Shown here piece by piece: positions 52,790-64,000 of a stretch of DNA of 64,000 nt. Numbering within the stretch: the stretch's first letter is position 1; every line of letters starts with the position of its first letter. The stretch is from Octopus sinensis (Eukaryota). The stretch is from NCBI RefSeq assembly GCF_006345805.1, contig NC_042997.1, positions 72,602,001-72,666,000 on the forward strand, read 5' to 3'. The translations under genes and the position numbers were made by a program. The notes beneath the pieces are model-generated. The model did not search any database. It had not been told where the DNA came from and saw nothing but the letters and a program-made list of their open reading frames with translations.

Positions 52790-53890
52790 TAGTTGAAATT
52801 TATAGAAAAACAAAAGACGAAGACAGGCGAATGAACAACAAACAAGTGTATTAGTTTGACCTTTGGGAAAAATGTAAAAGTCTTTTACGTTTCGAGCCTA
52901 CGCTCTTCATCAGAAAGGAATAAGAGGAAATAAACAGAAAGAGAATGGAAGAAAAAACCTGTAGGGCTCAGTAGTCCAGCATGTCGAATAACTGGAAAAA
53001 AGAGGTTGAAAGAAAGGGAGATAATAATAAACAAAGCTGTTGAATGAAAGGTAGATAATAATAGTGCTAGTTATCCCAAGAGAAACCGTGCGTGCGGGTG
53101 TGTGAATGTGGGAACGGTGTATGAGAGTGTGTAAGTGTGTATATGTGAATAAGTGCGAGTGGCTCTGACGTGTGCGCGTGCGTGTGTAACGTGTGTATGT
53201 ATGTGTGTGGGTGGTGTGTGGTTTGTGTACTGAGTTAAAAAATGTGTTTGGCTGCTCATGTAGTGGTATGTGTGGGGACACTATTGAAGATGGTGTGTGG
53301 GTGTGTGGATAATGGTGTGTGGTGTGGGTGCTGAGAAGTGGTCAATGCTATTGTGTGTGTGGAGTGGTGTGGGGTTGGTTTCAAATGAGAAGAGATAGTG
53401 AGGTTGGTATCAGACGAAGAGAGGCAGTGAGGCGAGCCATGTAGCGAAAAGGGATGAAGAGAGAAGATTGTTTACGGCGAAGGCAGGAGTCCAAGTGGTC
53501 CCTGTGCAAAGATAATCCAAACAGGCAGATGTTATAGCGAATGACTGTTAGAGCGGAAATGGCGCGAGCCCGGGGTGTCATTGCCAAATCTGATATCTCG
53601 GTGTTCCGCGAACCGGTCAGCCAAGCGGCGTCCGTTTGACCAATGTATAGGGGAGGACAGAGAGAGAGAGTGAGAGAGAGAGAGAGAAAGAGAGAGCAAG
53701 AGATGCAGTAAATATTACTAGAAGTGCAAGTAAAGGAGTCGGTGACGTGATAAAGACGGTGGTGGATGCATGTGAGTATGGTGGTGTTAGAGCAGTAGGG
53801 GCATGTGCGACAGCGTTGGCCGGAACAGGGGAACGAGCCAGGCTGTGAGGTGAGGTTAGGGAAGAAACTAGACCAGGAGATCATGCAGGT
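52790..53890 (-). mobile_element. Penelope-like (Neptune-type) GIY-YIG 3' fragment with hammerhead tail
   Basis: ORF 53381-53884 PGSFPCSGQRCRTCPY..DSFTCTSSNIYCISC..LYIGQT. Confidence 0.85.
52882..52917 (-). ncRNA. Minimal type I hammerhead motif in Penelope-like tail
   Basis: CUUU-CUGAUGA-A-GAGC(GUAG)GCUC-GAAACGUA-AAAG. Confidence 0.75.
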
Positions 53891-54170
53891 TATGGGCTCA
53901 TTTGAAGGAGATGCATGTATAATTGACTACACGTAGTCAATATACGTATTTTGCTTGCTCGCTGATTCGCTGCCCTATAGCGCTTTGGGGACGAGTCCCT
54001 CTTAGAGCTGGGTCGTTGACTAATTATTGAGACCTATAAAGGAATAAAATATCATTTTATTGCCCAATGTCTTTAGTTAAGGTGGAAACATCTTCACGTA
54101 AACTTCATAAAACATGCTGCACAGTAGAAAATATTAAAAATTTTTTATTTCATGCACGTCTTTCTTATAG

Positions 54171-54248
54171 AAACTGAGTTGAAATTAAAACAAGAAACTG
54201 GGCACCCTTATAGAGATTTCATTCGAAAGCTAGAAGCAGAGATTCCAG
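54171..54248 (+). CDS. Internal coding exon (78 nt, phase 1-1); (E)TELKLKQETGHPYRDFIRKLEAEIP
   Basis: Acceptor GTCTTTCTTATAG, donor CAG|GTAAGA, open frame, ends E-I-P. Confidence 0.88.
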
Positions 54249-54814
54249 GTAAGAATTTCTAAAGCTTTTATAATTTTAATTTTTTAAAAAGAATTAGCGT
54301 GATCAAAATGGTCGATTCAACCCTTCAAGGTGGTGCACCAGCTTGTGACTGATCAGTTACTGAAACCAGTAGAAAAACCAAAGTAATAACAATCTACAGC
54401 TAAGTATCTTTGATGTCTTTGATGTACATGTGATTTGAAAAAATAAGCCTCTTTCGTAGAGTTTTTGGCATCCATACTGATATTGAAAGTGATTTAAGAA
54501 GTTTCCGTTATTCTGAGAAAATTGCCGAGATTATTATAGATTTGCTTGAATAACAAAATGAGGTAAATACCTGACTACACGATCTAAGTAATATGTTTAG
54601 CAAACTCTATAGCTTTGTTGAGTTAGCTAGGAGCAATCCAAGCGTAATAATTCTAGATAATAAATTGAATGAATTTAGTGATCAAAGTGAGAAACAGAGC
54701 CGAACCAGTTAATAGAATTTTGAATAATTTTATAAAGATAAAGTTGTACATATTGTCTACATTTACGTTCATGTACTGTAACTTGCTTTTCGACAACTAG
54801 ATAACAATAAAAAA

Positions 54815-55200
54815 AAAACTGCCAGAATTTAAAAGAAATTTGTACTGTGATCAAATTCTTGAAGTCGTGTCTCAGCTTGGCCAATATCTACTGATTAAAA
54901 CTAGTAAAGTATAAAATAATATTTAATATTAATATTTAATGCTTTTGATAAGTGCCATTCATGCAAATATTTTCAAGAAGGAAGAATAAGTAAAAGTATT
55001 TAAATATTGGTCAACATTAAAATTTTAAAATGTTTCATCTGCTTTCTTTTTGCAGAATATCAAAGTAAGGCACCAATTCATGTAGTACCCCTTCGCAAAG
55101 AAGAAATGGAAACTCCCGGTATGAAATATATATATTTTTATGTACGTGTGTGTGTGAGCGTATGTATATTAATAAACACACACACATAAACATATATATA
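54815..55200 (+). repeat. Exon-plus-intron duplication unit, paralog at about 58185-58520
   Basis: CTTGAAGTCGTGTCTCA..AAACTAGTAA..GTGCCATT..TTAAATATTGGTCAACATTAA conserved upstream of both exons. Confidence 0.9.
55056..55118 (+). CDS. Internal coding exon (63 nt, phase 1-1); (E)YQSKAPIHVVPLRKEEMETP
   Basis: Acceptor TCTGCTTTCTTTTTGCAG, donor CCG|GTATGA; paralog of exon 58370. Confidence 0.85.
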
Positions 55201-55254
55201 TATTAGTGAGTAGACAAACGAAAGAAGAGCACTCAATACATTTATTGGGAGCTA

Positions 55255-55850
55255 TATGTATTGATCAAAACGTTTTGATTCAGTCTCCTTGGTACTCTGA
55301 GTTTCAAGCGTGTCGCTAGTCGTCGGCCATTAGAGTCTGCATGAGAATTCAATTGAAGAGAGCAATGTTTACTGCTGCACATTAGCCTGAAATTGTGTAT
55401 GTGTATGTGTGTGTATATGTGTATATGTGTGTGCGTGTATATGTGTGCTCGCGCGCGGATGTATGAATGTACATCTATGCACACACACACTCGAATAAGT
55501 ACGGATGCATACACGTAGATATATGGGCATAACCACGTGCACATATATACATATATACTCCCACATCCCCCGCCCCTTCCTACGTCCCCACCTCACGATC
55601 GATTTCCTGTCCACCACGTGGTGAATTTCCTATTCAACATGCGGTATTTTCAAGTAATTGCTGTCGCTGATTTTACCAGCATCAAACTGCGACACCGCGT
55701 GACATTAATCGACCAATCGCTAGATAGCGTCCAATAGTAAGAATTGACGCTCTTGAATCGAACTCTCATTCAGATTTCAATTGCCGAAGACTGGCGTCAC
55801 GCTTGGAACTCAGAGTGCCAAAGAGTTTGAATCAAACTATTTTGATCCAT
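55255..55850. mobile_element. Old MITE-like element with diverged arms of about 120 bp
   Basis: 55255-55375 vs reverse complement of 55735-55850. Confidence 0.6.
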
Positions 55851-55868
55851 CCATAAATACACACACAC

Positions 55869-55933
<65 letters not shown>

Positions 55934-55944
55934 TTTAATAATCT

Positions 55945-56385
55945 GTTCTAGTATAGGCACAAGGCATGGAATTTTGGAAGCGGGGATAATTCGATTAAGT
56001 CGACCCCAGAACGTAACTGGTACTTATTTCATCGACCCCGAAAGGATGGAAAGGAAAGCTGACCTCAGCGGAATTTGAACTCAGAATGTAGCGACGGGCG
56101 AAATATGCAAAGCATTTCGTCCAGCGTGCCAACAATTCTGCCAGGTTGCCGCCTTACAGCCTGCAAATATTGGTTTCAAATTTTGGCACATGGCTAGCAA
56201 GTTCTGGGGAGGGGCTTAGTCGATTACGTCAACCCTAGTACTCAACTAGTACTTATTTTATCAACACCGGAAAGATGAAAGGCAAAGTCGACCTCGGCAG
56301 AATTTGAACTGAGAACGTTAAGAAGGATGAAATGCCGCTTAGTATTTTGTCAGGCGCGGTAACGATTCTGCCAGCTCGCGGTCCT
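55945..56385 (-). mobile_element. Two tandem SINE family B copies
   Basis: Motif GAAAGGCAAAGTCGACCTCGGC..AATTTGAAC twice; (AAC)n(AAT)n tails. Confidence 0.85.
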
Positions 56386-56499
56386 ATAACAACAACAACA
56401 ATAACAATAATGATAATAATAATAATTCTTCTTACTAAAGACACAAGGCTTGAAATTTTGAGGGAAGGAGCTAGTCTATTATATCAACCCTTTTTTATT

Positions 56500-57465
56500 T
56501 TATAAATACCATCATTTTTATTGGTAACGAGTGATACTGAAAAAGTTAAGTTACATTTGATCAATTGTTGACATATGAAACGTCCTTATGACTTCTTGAT
56601 GCTATTGTAAGCAACTGTGACAAAATGGCAGAGGTCCTGTTGTCGTTTAGGGAACGTGAGACCATTTGAAAGTGGTATTTCAAATTTGAGAATCTAGTTG
56701 AATTCAACGACAATAGAGACGTGAGTTTAGAACAGACGGGTTATTGATTATTTTCAAACACTTGGTCGCATGTGTGATGTGCAGAAGGGGAAATCCGGAA
56801 ACCTTTGAACAGTAACAAGTGTTATTTCCTCGACTATGGTACTAGGGCATTTCACACACTCACCAAGAAAGTCTACCGCACAATGTGCACGCGAAACAGG
56901 TATAAATAGTGCAAGCATACGGCTCATTTTTAAATGTGCTAAGTAGAAATTGTACATTACAAGATGATTACATGCAGTTAACGATGACGTTCCTGATCGA
57001 AGAATCGAGTTTTGTGAGTGGTTTCAGCATATAGTTGGCGAGGATGAAGAATTTGTGAGAAATATTGTGCGATCTTATGAATCAAAATGTAAGCTAAATG
57101 GAACAGTGAACGACAATTGTGCTTACTGGGAATGAGGAAATCTTTGCTTGCATGTGAACAAAGCAATCAATTTATCGGGGGTTAATGTCTGGCGTGGGCT
57201 GCTATCAAGATGTTTAAGAGGACCATTTTTGTTACTGATCAAGCGTAACTGGACATGCTGCGCACGTTCATTTTATTAGATATACTTTATGGAAATGATG
57301 AATTTTTCTTTCAACAAATTGCCTCACCGCCGCACTGCTGCCAAAACGTGCAAGCTTATCTGGATGAGAAACTGCAAGGACACTGGATAGAACGGAAATG
57401 TGCGGTCGAGCTTCTCGCAAGTTCTCCTAACTGCAGACTTTTTACTCATTTGTCTTTACTTGAAG
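56500..57465 (+). pseudogene. Degenerate IS630-Tc1-mariner transposase (Tc3/maT-like)
   Basis: HSPRKSTAQCARETGI..RRIEFCEWF..KLNGTVN..GVNVW..GPF..FFFQQ..PPH..AYLDEKLQGHWI. Confidence 0.75.
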
Positions 57466-57466
57466 T

Positions 57467-57508
<42 letters not shown>

Positions 57509-57513
57509 ACACC

Positions 57514-57548
<35 letters not shown>

Positions 57549-57637
57549 ATTAAAATTATATATATATATATATAATTAAAATTATATATATATATATATA
57601 TAATTAAAATTATATATATATATATATAATTAAAATT

Positions 57638-57913
57638 ATAATTTAGGGCATCTAAGACATACCTCCACGCTGGAAATAGCAGCCAAAACTTGACTCTAAA
57701 ACCACATTAAATGTTCATGTAGCACCAGGAGAGAAGACGAAAGAACAAGATGAACTGGCAAAAAATTACAGTAATTATCGAGTAATTTTTTGCTAGTTCA
57801 TCTTGTCCTTTTGTCTTCTCTCCTGGTGCTATATGAACATTTAATGTGGTTTTAGAGTCAAGTTTTGGCTGCTATTTCCAGTGTGGAGGTATGTCTTAGA
57901 TACCCTAAATTAT
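57638..57913. repeat. Near-perfect fold-back/MITE with about 130-bp arms
   Basis: ATAATTTAGGGCATCTAAGACATACCTCCAC... mirrored by ...GTGGAGGTATGTCTTAGATACCCTAAATTAT. Confidence 0.85.
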
Positions 57914-58009
57914 GATTCTAATAATAATTATTACCTTTGAAGGTTTTTATTCCCATGATAGCCACTTGATAAGATCGATAATTAAATTAACGATCTTATC
58001 CTTATATAT

Positions 58010-58065
<56 letters not shown>

Positions 58066-58369
58066 CAATAAAGCCCTAATAAAGTGTCTGAATCCATTTT
58101 TGCATTCATATACGGTAACTTACTTTTGGACTACTAGGTAGCAATTACAAAAACAAAAAATTTGTGCTCTGAATAATATGATTGACCAAACTCTTGAAGT
58201 CGTGTCTCACCTTGTCCAATGTCCACTGATTTAAACTAGTAAGGGAATAAAAGTACAAAATAATGCTTATGATATGTGCCATTGATGCAAATACTCTCAA
58301 GAAGTAAAGATAATTAAATATTGGTCAACATTAAGAGTATTAAATGCTTCATTTGCTTCCTTTTTGCAG

Positions 58370-58444
58370 AATTTGGTCAGAGTTTAAGTAGTAATGAGCC
58401 AATCCATGTAATACCCATTCGCATAGAAGAAATGGAAAATACCG
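58370..58444 (+). CDS. Internal coding exon (75 nt, phase 1-1); (E)FGQSLSSNEPIHVIPIRIEEMENT
   Basis: Acceptor TTTGCTTCCTTTTTGCAG, donor CCG|GTAAAT; paralog of exon 55056 with frame-preserving 12-nt length difference. Confidence 0.85.
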
Positions 58445-58472
58445 GTAAATATGTATATATATATTTTTATGT

Positions 58473-58505
<33 letters not shown>

Positions 58506-59771
58506 TGTATGTACGTCTATGTAAACATATGTGTGTATGTATATTTAGAAGCATATATTTAGTATGTGTGCATTGATCATCCATGACCTTTTTAAGAGTT
58601 CATCCTTTTTTTGTTCCATGCCAGTTCGGTCTCAGATCTGCTGGGATTGGCTTGCGTAAAGATTAATGAGTTTAGTTCCTTATGAGGGGAGGGAGAGGAG
58701 AAGAGGAAAATAGGGTAGGTGTGTGTAAACGTCTAGTTTGCATGTTTGTGTGGTCGAGTCGGTTCTGTGAGTGAATGTGTATGTTTGTCTTGTGTGTGTG
58801 TGTATGTGTGTATGCATGTATGTATGTGTGTGTGTGTGTGTGTGAGTGCGTGCTTATCTGAGTGCATTCCAGTATGTATTTTCATATCTGCGTGTGCGTG
58901 CGCTGTGAATAGGTAAGCGACTGTATGCACGGTTGCGTGTGTGTTTTCTTGTGTGTGTGTATGTGCGCGTGCGTTCATGTGCGTATGTACGCATGTGTGC
59001 GCACGTACCTGAGCATGTGTGTGTGTGTAAGTGTGTATGCATGGTGTGTGTATGTGAATGTGTATGTGTTTGCTTGTTCTTGCCTTTCTGTGTGTGTGTA
59101 TTTACGTTTGCGTGTGTGTGAGTACCCGTCCGTGCGTGTGCGTAGATGTGTATGGTTGTGTATAGGAAGTGTTCATAGCTATATGCATTTATTTGCACGA
59201 ATTTCCTTATATGTATTTATTGGCACGAATTTCCTTATATCCGGCTGTCATTCTAACACAAATTTACATCAAGAATCAATGCAAACCAAATACAAAAGTG
59301 AAGAAAAACAATTTAGTTTTCTCACAAAATAGAAAGAAGTAAAACCCATCCAGTCTGAAAGCAAGAATTATTAAATATTGTAGAAAGATGAAGCACTTGG
59401 GTATATTTATCGTAGTGTGGCATATAATTGTTAAATATTCATCGTTTTCATTCATTCTGTCTCTACTTCTTCTAGGAAAGGTATGAACATCACTCAATCT
59501 TACGCCTTAACTTTGCTGTTAACTAAAAAATCAACATGAAGCCATTGACAGCTTGTTAGAAAACTATAAGCTACCGAACAATATTTTACAATATTACTGG
59601 ATGAAATTCTGAATTTGTCAGTTTTGCTTGTAATTGTTTTAGAAACAATAAAATAAATCCCATTTAAGTAATTTTAGCATTATACGCCCAACATATTTAT
59701 GGGCTTTTGCCAACGGAAAATTCTTACTATAGAAAAATACTTATTCGTTTGCAGTTAGTTTTATAAAGGAA

Positions 59772-60982
59772 CTAGCATTAAAGACCCGTCGTTGCCGGGT
59801 CATAGTGCTAGTGCATTTATATATGTGTATATATATGTGTACATATTACATGTACATCTATATATATACATCTACACATAGAATACAAAATACAAAGTTA
59901 TATCTTGATATCGCTAGTGATAACAATACTCAAAATATATAACAGACAGGAATTGTTAGCCCGTCTCTTGTAATTTCGATCAATTGCATCTTGTCCTCCC
60001 TCTTGTATAGAAGTGTGGCTACAATCCAACGGCTGCAGCGAAATTCATTTTTGGACTTCCTTCTATCGAAGACATTTTAACAAAAATACTTCCGTGTAAA
60101 CGGTGAAAATATTGTCAATTTCCCCAAACAGGGACACAATTCAATTTTTAAACAATAACCAAAGCTCCTTCTCCCAAAGCGGGAGGGTTACGGTTTACAT
60201 TTATTTAACAAATGCAACACAACAACGCTTCGCTTACGAGGAACCAACAAACGTGATAACAATAGTTAAACAGAAATAATAATAACAACAAACCTTACGG
60301 TAAACCAAAAAGCAGTACTCTGTTGAAGCTATAGGCCTTTATGGATCAGAAATAAACTAACAGCGGTACTCAGTAGAATGCTTAATGCTAGCTAATTAGC
60401 AAATAATCTAATGTAAAAGCCGTGCACACCTCCATCTGGACTATTCCATTTCTGCACTTAAATTTTATTTTTTATTTATTCCCATTCATGGGAAACTACT
60501 GATTCAAGTTCAAGTCATTGATGCAATTTTATACCAATTGCTATATTTTTACTTTTGTTATGTTACGATTATATTATACTTTAGTTTGATTTTAATTATT
60601 ATTTACGACATATAATTCAATTGTTATTATTATTTTTATTGTTAAGTGAAAGTATCTGACATAAAATAGAGAAATGTTTTTGTTTCACGTAATACTGAAA
60701 TAGTGGAGAAGATATGATATTGCCATGGGCTCGCTCTAGGCAAGAAGTTGAACTTTGTTTTGCCCATGAAACTACATGGACCCTAAGTAAGGCATGTGTA
60801 AAATTTGAATGAAATTGGTTGTGTAGTTCTCAAGTTTTAGGGAATCGTTGTGGAGAAGATATGATATTGCTGTGGGCTCGCCCTAGGCAAAAAGTTAAAA
60901 TGAAATTGGTTGTGTAGTTCTCAAGTTTTAGGGAAACACACAGACAGACAGACACACATTCTCAGTTTTATATGTATAAAGA
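59772..60982 (-). mobile_element. Non-autonomous Helitron-like element
   Basis: Minus strand A|TCTTTATACATATAAAA start at 60982; GACCCGGCAACGACGGGTC hairpin and CTAG|T end at 59772; internal tandem duplication 60705-60935. Confidence 0.65.
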
Positions 60983-61004
60983 TATGCTTTAATTTTTCTT
61001 TCAG

Positions 61005-61040
61005 AGGTTGACGAAGCGTTATGTAATGACGATGCAAAGA
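61005..61040 (+). CDS. Internal coding exon (36 nt, phase 1-1); (E)VDEALCNDDAK
   Basis: Acceptor TTTAATTTTTCTTTCAG, donor AGA|GTAAGT, open frame. Confidence 0.75.
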
Positions 61041-61089
61041 GTAAGTATCCAAAATATTCGTTCGTTCATATATCTAATTAATAATTCAG

Positions 61090-61487
61090 CACAAGGGCAG
61101 CAATTTTTTTTTGGAGGGGGGGGGGGTAAATCGATCACATCGACCCCAATATTCAGCTGGTACTTATTTTATCGACCTCAGAAGGATGAAAGGCAAAGTT
61201 CACCCGGTAGAATTTTAATTTGAACCCAGAACGAAAAGATTGACGAAATACCTATTTCTTTACTACCCACAAGGGGCTAAACACAGAGGGGACAAACAAG
61301 GACACACAAACGGGTTAAGTCGATTATATCGACCCCAGTGCGTAACTGGTACTTATTTGATCGACCCCGAAAGGATGAAAGGCAAAGTCGACCTCGGCGG
61401 AATTTGAACTCGGAACGTAACGGCAGACGAAATACCGCTAAGCATTTTGCCCGGCGTGCAAAACATTCTGCCAGCTGGCCGCCTTTG
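61090..61487 (-). mobile_element. SINE family B composite copy
   Basis: Homologous to 6660-6895. Confidence 0.85.
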
Positions 61488-61969
61488 TGCATCTATGCTA
61501 TAACGGAGAAAGCTGCTTATTAATTAGGTAGGTAAGAGTTACTGAAAGTACTAAAAGAAAGCAATAATTAAATATTTTTATAATTTCATGTTCAAAGAAA
61601 TTTCCTATAATTTCGATTTCTCAAGTTTATTGAATTTTTAAACTCCAATTTCTCGCAAATTTAAATATTCATTGCATTCACTGCGTTCAATTCTTCACTA
61701 ATTTAAATATTCAATGCATTTACTGCAGAGTATTACATTTTTATTTGCAAAGTCTCACTTTCTATTTCAATGCTTTCATTTCAAGTTTTATTTCGCTATT
61801 TGGAACACCGACAGTTTATTCTATTAATGTATACGTAATGTAAAAACATTATTCATTAAATGATTTTTTAAACAAAAATACACGTATACTTTTTGTAAAA
61901 ATAATTCAAAAGTGATTTTGTTTTTATGGCTGTTTGGAACGCTATATGCCTTACAATAATAACTATCCG

Positions 61970-62720
61970 AACCGATTTTGGTCATCTTTTTAAACTTAAA
62001 AACCATGGGAGGAGCCTTTTCGGTTAAAAAAAAAATGTAGATATTTTCAGAGGAAAAGGTGAACAATTCAAGGGAGGTTTCGCTATTGTTTCTAGCACGA
62101 CCCAGACCACCCTCTTTTTTTACTCTCACACGTATCGATGTTTTTTCAATAGTTTTCTCCCATTAAACACATTTTATGGAATGATGAGGCCGAAGAAAAA
62201 CACATGCGTGGTCCATTGGTGGATTATAAACAACAAAATAAACTGTAATCTAAATTTTTAACCCCCCCCCCCCACCTCAGTTAAATGAAGCCATGTGTGT
62301 GTAAGAAAAAATATTTTCTAACCGAAAAGTATGCTATTAAAATGAACTATCATTTATATAACTCGTTTACGCAAATCACTGTGGATAAATGCCAGCAATA
62401 ACCTTCTCAGGCTCTCCAATATTTTAATTTCTAAACAGAAACAATCAGGTACAGGAAGTGGGGTTGCAAAAATCTCATAATTTCTCAAAAAATTTCTTTT
62501 TCATAGCATTTTAATGTATTTATGGGTGGGGGGATATTGAAAAACCTCAATACATGCGAGAGTGATGAAGAAACGAAGAGGGTTGTTCTTAGATTGCTAA
62601 AAACAACGGCCATATCGCCCTTAAATCACTCACTTTTCCCTCTGAAATTTTTTTTTTTTTACCGAAAACGCTCTTTCCATGGTTTTGAAGTGCAAAAGAA
62701 ATTGACCAAAATAGGTCCGG
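61970..62720. mobile_element. Old element with diverged inverted arms of about 150 bp
   Basis: 61970-62130 vs reverse complement of 62560-62720 (TTTTGGTCA..AAAACCATGG..TTTCGGT..TTTCAGAGG). Confidence 0.55.
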
Positions 62721-63537
62721 AGTGGGATGATGAGGGAGCGGGAGTTTAAAAAAAAAAGATTTTTCAAAACATTTTTCATACAAAGATGCCAACCTCATCT
62801 GTGGTTTAAAAAAATGGGGAAAATCTCCACCAAAATTTTTCCCACAAATTTCTCTATAATCGTAATCTATGCTATATGAAAGGGATTTGTATAAACTTCC
62901 ATTAGAAGAATGAGGGAAAAAAGTCAGATCGTATGAATTTTTCGAAACTCTTCTCTCCATCCCCTCGGAAAATTATTTCCCATAAATCCCTATATACACT
63001 GAAGCTACAGCATCTGAGCGGTATTTGTAGAAACTTTTGTTAAAGTGTATCCATTTTTCTGGATGTTATGAGGCAACAAAGTTGGGGGCGTATACATCTG
63101 TAATAATGCTATTTTATTTATACAATTTTTCATTTCATGTTTATTTCATTCATTGTTTGCAATGTTCTCTCTCCCCCACCCTCTTTCTTTCTTTCCTTCT
63201 CTCTCTCTTTCTTTTCCTCTCTCTCTCTTTCTTTCTCCCTCTCTCTCTCTTTCTCTCCCCCCCCTCTCTCTCTCACACACACACACTGCAAAGCTTACAG
63301 ATGGGTTGCTGAATTGAAATCTCTATTGCTTTGAGGGAAGGTAAAACTTGATAAACTGCTTCTCCCTCTGTTGTTGGACTACCGTGCTGTTTATTTAAAA
63401 AAGAGAGACTACGACTGTGATAAAATAATGGATATTTACTAAGCAAGTGATCACTATTATACAAAGAAATAATTAGACGTAAAATATCATAAAAATTATT
63501 AGGGTTAGGAATCAAATGTGAAAATATAACCAAGGGG

Positions 63538-63575
63538 CTAGCAGAAAACCGCTGAAAGGGCGGTCTTTCTGCTAG
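63538..63575. repeat. Palindromic Helitron-like terminus
   Basis: CTAGCAGAAAACCGC-TGAAAGG-GCGGTCTTTCTGCTAG followed by T. Confidence 0.45.
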
Positions 63576-63690
63576 TATATCTAATTAATAAATATTGTTT
63601 ACATTATAGCAAATGTGTTGAAAAAATTAGTGCAATTACAATACAGACGTTCAAAGAAACAGGCCATTGCAGTTAATTACCTGAACGTGT

Positions 63691-63727
<37 letters not shown>

Positions 63728-64000
63728 AATAACGTTTTTTTTTTAATGCATACATTGCCAAACCGCAGACATCCGAGTCTGTCAAGGGTCGATCTACACG
63801 TTGGAATGTAACTCCTTTCTGGAAAATTCTCCCTTGGTGAAATACCCAATTAACTAGTTTCAATATGAAAAATTTAATTTAATTTAATTTAATTTAATAT
63901 AATTTAATTTCTCTAATTGAATTAATTGGGTATGGAAGCATCTGTAGGGATAAGAATTTCATATTATATTGATTTGAATATCTTTGAACAAACTGATGTC

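Noticed and set aside
57540-57640. (ATAATTAAAATTATATATAT)n minisatellite and other small tandem duplications (59187-59240, 9860-9980)
   Set aside because: Ordinary slippage products
63769-63807. 39-nt segment DIRVCQGSIYTLE
   Set aside because: Weak acceptor tract and donor; cannot be distinguished from chance

Overview
AT-rich, microsatellite-dense eukaryotic intronic DNA. The SINE families and repeat landscape look like an octopus/cephalopod genome (inference). No rRNA, tRNA gene or CRISPR array is supported, and nearly all ORFs in the supplied track are microsatellite read-throughs or transposon fragments. Two signals stand out. (1) A + strand host gene, invisible in the ORF track, crosses the whole window as at least 13 short (36-78 nt), acidic, symmetric phase 1-1 exons that fall into size classes (54, 75, 78 nt) and appear to have arisen by repeated exon duplication, with visible birth and decay intermediates. 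(2) A 358-nt tandem repeat (29486-30065) carries type I hammerhead ribozyme motifs with a compensatory U3-A8 core at each monomer boundary, which is the architecture of a non-LTR retrozyme; truncated fold-back copies occur elsewhere in (TA)n arrays. The introns also hold many Penelope-like fragments with hammerhead motifs, LINE fragments (Tx1/L1, RTE, R4/Dong, Hero-like), mariner/ITm, MULE and Helitron-like elements, MITEs and tRNA-derived SINEs. Splice calls, translations and family assignments were made by eye; coordinates of degenerate repeats are approximate.
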